This document shows positions 26,975-32,000 of a DNA stretch of 32,000 nucleotides, piece after piece. Position 1 is the first letter of the stretch; each line of letters begins with the position of its first letter. The stretch is from Mariprofundaceae bacterium. Lineage in GTDB: Bacteria > Pseudomonadota > Zetaproteobacteria > Mariprofundales > Mariprofundaceae. The notes under the pieces were generated by a model that worked only from the letters and a program-made list of their open reading frames with translations, had not been told where the DNA came from and ran no database searches. The stretch covers positions 72,312 to 104,311 of the forward strand of contig JBNLEB010000021.1 of assembly GCA_050304695.1 (NCBI GenBank), written 5' to 3'. The position numbers and the translations under genes were made by a program.

Positions 26975-27223
26975 ATGCTTCAGGGCTACAGAGAGATTAC
27001 ATGGCCGGACTTAAGGTTCCCGCCGATTAACCTGTGGGTGATGGCTTCGCTGGCGAACAGCGAGGCATCAGCAAGTTCCGAGGAGCCAGCGACGAGCTCG
27101 GTCGAATCGGATACCCGCATTCACCGGAGGCAGCGCCCGGGTCTGACAAGGACAAACGCGCTGCATAAACATTTACATAGGCGACTGGAGAGCATTCTGG
27201 CCGTCCGTGGAGGAAAGCGATGA
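26975..27223 (+). CDS. Possible small ORF (82 aa) translationally coupled to nrdJb; unknown function
   Basis: Strong SD GAGGAGG 6 nt before the ATG at 26975. The stop overlaps the nrdJb start (ATGA at 27220-27223). The composition is unremarkable, I recognise no motif, and it could be non-coding. Confidence 0.3.
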   Translation: MLQGYREITWPDLRFPPINLWVMASLANSEASASSEEPATSSVESDTRIHRRQRPGLTRTNALHKHLHRRLESILAVRGGKR

Positions 27224-27852
27224 GCATCAAGATCGAGAAGAAGATTACCGGTTACGAAGTGGCCAAGCCGAAGGATGAGCAGGAGAGCAATGTTGCGCAT
27301 ATCGCGCCGCTGCTGGAGCGCGACGATATCCTTGAGGGCAACACCTACAAGATCAAGACGCCGCACTCCGAGCACGCCATGTACATCACCATCAACGATG
27401 TCGTGGTTAATTCAGGCACCCCGGATGCGCATCGTCGTCCGTTCGAGATCTTCATCAACTCCAAGAACATGGAGCACTTCATGTGGATCGTGGCGCTCAC
27501 CCGCGTTATCTCCGCCATCTTCCGCAAAGGCGGCGATGTCAATTTCCTCGTTGAAGAGCTGAAAGCGGTCTTCGATCCGATGGGCGGTTATTACAAGAAG
27601 GGCGGCAAATATATGCCATCCATCGTTGCCGAGATCGGTGAAGTGATCCAGCAGCACCTTGTCTCCATCGGCATGATGGAGGGCAAGCTCAACACCGCCG
27701 AACTGCAGGCCAAACGCAAAGAGGCCGAAGAGAAGCTGGGCAGTGATGCCGTCGCCAAAGGCAACCTCTGCGACAAGTGCGGCGCCATGGCCGTCGTCCG
27801 CCTCGACAACTGCAACTGCTGCCTAGAGTGCGGCGACTCGAAGTGTGGGTAG
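27220..27852 (+). CDS. nrdJb: Class II ribonucleotide reductase small fragment NrdJb (C-terminal TSCPD-type domain plus Cys-rich tail)
   Basis: GNTYKIKTPHSEHAMYITINDVV...RRPFEIFINSKNMEHFMWIVALTRVISAIFRKGG follows the pattern of the C-terminal domain of long NrdJ proteins (G.TYK.KT....YVTIN....P.E.F.......A..RLIS.ALR.G). The tail is CDKCG...CNCCLECGDSKCG. SD GGAGGA is present. Confidence 0.8.
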   Translation: MSIKIEKKITGYEVAKPKDEQESNVAHIAPLLERDDILEGNTYKIKTPHSEHAMYITINDVVVNSGTPDAHRRPFEIFINSKNMEHFMWIVALTRVISAIFRKGGDVNFLVEELKAVFDPMGGYYKKGGKYMPSIVAEIGEVIQQHLVSIGMMEGKLNTAELQAKRKEAEEKLGSDAVAKGNLCDKCGAMAVVRLDNCNCCLECGDSKCG

Positions 27853-27905
27853 TATAACTGATATGTAAACTTATCAGCTGGGTGGATTCTTCCACCGAAT
27901 CAACG

Positions 27906-27947
27906 AAAAAGGCTGCTATCTATTGTGATAGCAGCCTTCTTTTTTTG
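27906..27947. terminator. Bidirectional rho-independent terminator between nrdJb and the accessory operon
   Basis: aaaaa-aggctgctatc-tattgt-gatagcagcct-tcttttttt. The stem is 11 bp and perfect (27910-27920 / 27927-27937), with T-runs on both strands. Confidence 0.75.
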
Positions 27948-27994
27948 GTTGTAAAGCACCTGCAAACGCTTGAGCTTATAATATTAAGTGGGAA

Positions 27995-28882
27995 CTAACT
28001 GCTGAAGGACTGGTACTCAATGGTTTTTGCTACCAAGTCACCCTCGATAATACCGCCTTTGTTTTCATTCACTGCTCGCCAAACACGAAACCCTTCTAAA
28101 ATCGCACGCTCCCATTCATTCATTGAACAGCGACTAACTTCTAATCGAGCAGTCATGTCTTTAATGATCCTCAATAACTCGTACGCAACGGTATCAACTC
28201 CATCGTAATATGAATAAGCCTTAGCATGATCAAAGACTAATGCAGAAATCGCCTCATCAATTACCGCTGCCCGACCTCCATCTTCAACCTCATCAACTTT
28301 AAGATCGCTTTTTCTCTTTCGATTGAAAAACCTTCTACAAATCGGCGACCAACCCAGTATGGCCAGGTATGCTAAGTGGAAAACGTCATGGAATCGGTAA
28401 CCATCATCTTCATACGAGTTATCTGTTAATTGATCACCAAACGAGCCTTCATCCCATTCGACATGAACTTTCATGCCTCCTTCAACCATTACCTCTCGAA
28501 TTTCAACTCGAAACTTTCTTGGAATCTGCTCTGCAATTGGAAAGTCTTCATCAAACAATTTTTCCCCAAGAGCATCTGGATGGGTTTTACTTAACCATCG
28601 ATCGGTTGTCTTTGCCAAATTCTGTTCAGCAATTTCTGAAAGATTTAACTTTTGGCGAGATGCAATATTTGCAACATACCAAAGAATATCTCCCAATTCT
28701 TCTGTGATTTTCTCACTAAAAAGATAGTAAGCATCGCCATCTCGAAGATGTTTTTTAAACTCGGTTAGTAGCGAGCCAGCCTCGCCAGTCAAACCAAGCA
28801 GTGAAATCATTAGCCCGCGCTCGTCATCAGGCATTGTCTTGTCAGTTTTTGTTGCTTCTTGCTGAAAATAGTTAAATTCCAT
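27995..28882 (-). CDS. MazG-like all-alpha NTP pyrophosphohydrolase domain (about 100 aa) fused to a roughly 190-aa C-terminal domain of unknown function
   Basis: ATG at 28882 with GGAGG 5 nt upstream; the track ORF starts 4 codons earlier at a TTG. LLGLTGEAGSLLTEFKK...EKITEELGDILWYVANIASRQKLNLSEI fits the MazG/HisE-type motif pair (E..GE..E ... EE.GD.LWY). The C-terminal part (DNSYEDDGYRFHDVFHLAYLAILGWSP...) is not recognised. Confidence 0.65.
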   Translation of the reverse strand: MEFNYFQQEATKTDKTMPDDERGLMISLLGLTGEAGSLLTEFKKHLRDGDAYYLFSEKITEELGDILWYVANIASRQKLNLSEIAEQNLAKTTDRWLSKTHPDALGEKLFDEDFPIAEQIPRKFRVEIREVMVEGGMKVHVEWDEGSFGDQLTDNSYEDDGYRFHDVFHLAYLAILGWSPICRRFFNRKRKSDLKVDEVEDGGRAAVIDEAISALVFDHAKAYSYYDGVDTVAYELLRIIKDMTARLEVSRCSMNEWERAILEGFRVWRAVNENKGGIIEGDLVAKTIEYQSFSS

Positions 28883-28902
28883 AACCCCTCCCAAGGCCCC
28901 TA

Positions 28903-29958
28903 TTATTTTGCACCTAATTCCTTTTCAATTTTAGAATTAATCCCCCATTTTGGTGGATACCAATATTCAATTGGCGAGCAATTCATCCGAAATTTCTGTT
29001 TAATTTTTTTCCGTCCAGAAATCCCAGATATTTCAGGATGAACTACTCGCGAGTATTTATCCACTTCACAAAAAAGGTTTTGTGCATCTATAAGCTGAAG
29101 AGGACGCCCCCAAAGGGTTTGAAAATCTAAACCTAAACGCTCGAACTCCTCATTTTGCCTATCAGCCATAACTTTAATGATATCCGCTTCGTTTAAACCG
29201 CCCAATGAACTAAAACACTTCCTGATCCCATCTCGGGCTCCTGGTCCCGGAACAGTAAATTCCATCTCACTAAAATCCGTCAAATTACTGTAGTTTATAT
29301 CTGTAATGTATTGATATGCTAAAAAATCCCCAATTAAAGGATATGACCTAAACAGCTTGAAACCTTCATACATGCTCTTTGCTTCAACTATTCGAGATGG
29401 TAAATCGTCTTCCATCATCATCACTATAAGCATCAGATGAGCTTGGTGTTTCCTAGCAACATGAAAGTCTTTAGAGCCAGATGCCATCATGTATGCCCCT
29501 GAATATATACTCCTCCCCTTTGCCATAGTTTTCGATAATACTTTGTCATACTTCTTTTGATTGAATTCCGAATAGCGAAGCTCTCCAAATTCATTCTTTA
29601 AAAGCTCCCATGTTTCAATCTTATTGAATAATTTGAATAAAATCGTGCGGAAAAACACTTCTTCAGGCGATTGCTCACCTTTATAGATAACATGTTTAAT
29701 CAAGTACTGGCTGACTCTGTCAGATGCCCTATAAGCATTGGTAAATTTATGCTCAGTTAAAACCGGGTCATCAGTCCAAGGGAGCATCTCATTTGCATAC
29801 CGCCTAAAAAAAACTGCCTGCCGTTCCGCAGCAAACCGCCAATACGTATCAAACACAACTGTGGGCTTCGCTGGTGAAATTGAACTAAAGATAAACGGAG
29901 CCTTTGGTTTTGCCTCCACCGCATTATCTTTTTCCCATAAAATTTTTTGTTTCCTCAT
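28903..29958 (-). CDS. Helical protein resembling the thymidine-hypermodification family (aGPT-Pplase / 5-hmdU DNA kinase helical-domain type; database name 'DNA base hypermodification protein'); no P-loop
   Basis: 351 aa. LPWTDDPVLTEHKFTNAYRASDRVSQYLI matches a motif I remember from this family (PWT.DPIL....F.N..R..DRV[ST]..I). Further blocks are GDFLAYQYITDINYS, GPGARDGIRKCF and LIDAQNLFCEVDKYSR. No GxxxxGK[ST] is present. ATGA overlap with the upstream gene. The assignment rests on memory of the family motif, not on a search. Confidence 0.45.
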   Translation of the reverse strand: MRKQKILWEKDNAVEAKPKAPFIFSSISPAKPTVVFDTYWRFAAERQAVFFRRYANEMLPWTDDPVLTEHKFTNAYRASDRVSQYLIKHVIYKGEQSPEEVFFRTILFKLFNKIETWELLKNEFGELRYSEFNQKKYDKVLSKTMAKGRSIYSGAYMMASGSKDFHVARKHQAHLMLIVMMMEDDLPSRIVEAKSMYEGFKLFRSYPLIGDFLAYQYITDINYSNLTDFSEMEFTVPGPGARDGIRKCFSSLGGLNEADIIKVMADRQNEEFERLGLDFQTLWGRPLQLIDAQNLFCEVDKYSRVVHPEISGISGRKKIKQKFRMNCSPIEYWYPPKWGINSKIEKELGAK

Positions 29959-30752
29959 ATCTCCCTGGCTTCTTTAGCATTAATATATTCACTGATATCG
30001 GTTGCAAGCCCACTCAACTGCTTGATCGAACGATCTCGTTTTGCAACTGACGCAATACAGGTTACTTGTTCCAGTTTTAGCCCCATATAATGAGCCATAA
30101 ATTGGCCTAAATTGCATAACCCAAGGTAATTTCCGTAAGCTTTTTCAAATTGATATTGCATTGCATAATATCCGGTAACACACAACCCATTCGTGCCCAC
30201 TGGAGTAAAGCTCACCTGATGCAAACATGGAAACCCTAATATAGGTGCATGCGAATGATCCAACGCCGGATCAAAAACGGTTGCTAGAAGGGCACTTCTT
30301 CTATGGTTCTTATGGTATTTATAGGTATCAATCACATGCCGCAATTGGTTGATGCCACCTTCTTTTTCATTTTGCGAACGGAATGATGTTAGCCGTTGAA
30401 AATATGTTCCTGATTTATTTGCTGCAGGCTGCGCTTTTCTCACTCTAGGCCAAATGTTATTAAAGCGTGCAAACATATGTTCACCATCATCATTAATTGA
30501 TTTGTTCCATAGCGATTCAGGAAAAATGGTATGTGAAACTTCACTACAGCTCCGCTTGCCAACTTTTCGAAGCTCATCATCAAGCCTATTCCTTATGAAC
30601 GAATCCTCAACAGCATTTCCTTCTTCAAAATCCCTTATCGTAATAACTGCCGGAGTCAATTCTTCCATTCTTGGCTCCATCATTGCCAGTAATGTCTCCG
30701 CCCAAGCCATGGAGAGATTCTCATGTGTTGTAGTGAAAGCTACTTTCGACAT
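29955..30752 (-). CDS. Thymidylate synthase-fold protein (ThyA / pyrimidine hydroxymethylase-like), divergent
   Basis: I chose the ATG at 30752 (MSKVAFTTTHENLS...) with SD AAGAGGAAG. The longer track ORF overlaps the ImmA gene. NHRRSALLATVFDPALDHSHAPILGFPCLHQVSF aligns with E. coli ThyA [29 protein letters not shown], so the RR pair and the catalytic Cys are kept. NYLGLCNLGQFMAHYMG aligns with [20 protein letters not shown], but the ThyA QRS.D motif reads AMQYQFEKAYG. Confidence 0.5.
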   Translation of the reverse strand: MSKVAFTTTHENLSMAWAETLLAMMEPRMEELTPAVITIRDFEEGNAVEDSFIRNRLDDELRKVGKRSCSEVSHTIFPESLWNKSINDDGEHMFARFNNIWPRVRKAQPAANKSGTYFQRLTSFRSQNEKEGGINQLRHVIDTYKYHKNHRRSALLATVFDPALDHSHAPILGFPCLHQVSFTPVGTNGLCVTGYYAMQYQFEKAYGNYLGLCNLGQFMAHYMGLKLEQVTCIASVAKRDRSIKQLSGLATDISEYINAKEAREI

Positions 30753-30753
30753 A

Positions 30754-31614
30754 TTACACTTCCTCTTGAAATCTGAATTTTGCTCGCCCTGCAAACCCTT
30801 TACGTGAAACACGGATAAATGCTGACCATCCAGAGGACCTATCTTCAATCCGCCCGATTCCAGGTGTTATCGCTTGAACAACAGACTTATTGTCATACTG
30901 TTCTACAAGCTCTATGTGTGGGCACTCAATTTGGATGTTTGGAGGCAATACACAGTAGTTTGATGTTTCAACATCAATAGCACGGCCACTCCAAGCTTGG
31001 CTGGCTACGATTAAATCCTCCACACACTGCCTACCAAGCAAATTCGAACGTATCTGCCGCGGTGACTTTTTCAGAAATTTGCTCGCTTGACTGCCTGAGA
31101 TAATCCTTAGTGAATACTGCATATGAGTAATTAATGTTGAGTAACCAACACCAAAAAAAGTTGCCACTTCATAAACAACTTCAGATGTACATGACATTGG
31201 ATTAGTGCCACGCAGTTTAAAAGCGTGAATTACAGCCGTTTTAGGCATTAACAAAGCGCTTGCAAAACAATCTGCAGTAAATTCATCAGGTTCAAATTTT
31301 TGCTGGTCCTTTCGCTGATTGACCAACTCATCAAATTTTTCACCATGCCCAAACATATGATGACCTAACTCATGCGCACACGTAAAAGCCTGCCGCCCTT
31401 TCGGACGTAACGAGGAAACTATTATTGTTGGTCGATCACCTAATAGATATATCCCTTCCATAGATGGTATATCAGCTAATCGTAGCTCTACTTCCAATCT
31501 ATCAACCAAATCAAAAACGCAAACAGGCTCAACAGGTGAAAGCCCTAAACCATTTCGTACCTTAAGTGCTTTGGTGATCGCCGCCATGGCCAATGACCTT
31601 CTACTGAGGGTCAT
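30754..31614 (-). CDS. ImmA/IrrE-family zinc metallopeptidase (Peptidase_M78/DUF955) with a roughly 150-aa C-terminal extension
   Basis: HExxH is present in FTCAHELGHHMFGH. The gene sits directly after, and overlaps by 14 nt, an XRE HTH gene, which is the canonical pairing. SD GAAGG precedes the ATG at 31614. Confidence 0.8.
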   Translation of the reverse strand: MTLSRRSLAMAAITKALKVRNGLGLSPVEPVCVFDLVDRLEVELRLADIPSMEGIYLLGDRPTIIVSSLRPKGRQAFTCAHELGHHMFGHGEKFDELVNQRKDQQKFEPDEFTADCFASALLMPKTAVIHAFKLRGTNPMSCTSEVVYEVATFFGVGYSTLITHMQYSLRIISGSQASKFLKKSPRQIRSNLLGRQCVEDLIVASQAWSGRAIDVETSNYCVLPPNIQIECPHIELVEQYDNKSVVQAITPGIGRIEDRSSGWSAFIRVSRKGFAGRAKFRFQEEV

Positions 31615-31954
31615 TCTTACCTTCTGTTTTCCTCAACATGCTGACAATCGACATGAGACGATCAAGATCTTCGTCTTTCATAGCGCTCAACCTTCTCGCT
31701 GCCATCAATAGTTTATCGTCGCTTGCATCCAAGGCTTCTTCATTTTCTGAAGTCAACCAAGCAACACTGACTCCATACAACTCAGCAAAAGTTGATAACT
31801 CTTCGGCCGAGACTCGTCTTCGTCCCGCCTCAATTTCGGAAACAGTTGGACGATGAATTTTCATTAGCTTTGCGACTTGCCCCTGACTCAACCCAGCCTC
31901 TTCTCTGGCTGATCGGAGCCTGGCAGCAAGTATCGCTCTTTTATTTTCCTGCAT
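31601..31954 (-). CDS. XRE-family helix-turn-helix transcriptional regulator
   Basis: LRSAREEAGLSQGQVAKLMKIHRPTVSEIEAGRRRVSAEELSTFAELYGVSVAWL is a textbook HTH_3 (Cro/C1) domain. 117 aa. Confidence 0.85.
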   Translation of the reverse strand: MQENKRAILAARLRSAREEAGLSQGQVAKLMKIHRPTVSEIEAGRRRVSAEELSTFAELYGVSVAWLTSENEEALDASDDKLLMAARRLSAMKDEDLDRLMSIVSMLRKTEGKNDPQ

Positions 31955-32000
31955 TTTTTAAATACCCACAAAGTAGAGATGTTATTTCATCAATTGTGAG

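Noticed and set aside
27952-27961. TAAAGCACCT shared with the glmS-proximal repeat (5900-5909) as a possible common att or end sequence of both islands
   Set aside because: It is only a 10-nt match, the surrounding bases do not align, and it could be chance. It is mentioned in the glmS hotspot finding but not claimed.

Overview
Proteobacterial-type chromosomal segment. The core genes run at about 55-60% GC by hand counts of sampled lines, and they sit between two AT-richer accessory segments. Core genes, all on the minus strand except nrd: glmS-glmU; a complete F1Fo ATP synthase operon (atpIBEFHAGDC); a small EF-hand-like secreted ORF; ahcY preceded by an SAH riboswitch; metK; ubiE-ubiJ-ubiB; and a split class II ribonucleotide reductase. 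The reductase consists of nrdJa, interrupted by a 376-aa LAGLIDADG intein placed exactly before the TNP|CGEQ catalytic Cys, plus nrdJb, with NrdR-box pairs upstream. Accessory segment 1 (1 to ~5.9 kb) lies directly downstream of glmS, the classical attTn7-type hotspot. It holds a partial T4-lysozyme-like protein, a DUF1311/LprI-like secreted protein, a 5'-truncated RTX repeat protein, an orphan nucleotidyltransferase-fold protein and an orphan ORF. Accessory segment 2 (~27.95-32 kb, running off the window) is a tightly packed five-gene minus-strand operon: XRE HTH, ImmA/IrrE metallopeptidase, a thymidylate-synthase-fold protein, a helical protein of the thymidine-hypermodification (aGPT-Pplase / 5-hmdU-kinase helical) type, and a MazG-like NTP pyrophosphohydrolase with an extra C-terminal domain. 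This is my best candidate for an undescribed inducible nucleotide/DNA-modification or anti-phage system. In addition, a family of about 60-75 bp intergenic stem-loop repeats (conserved ATCC[A/C]T loop, covarying stems) occupies four intergenic regions, including the ubiE-ubiJ and nrdJa-nrdJb spacers. All family assignments rest on motifs read by eye and remembered family signatures; no database search was possible.
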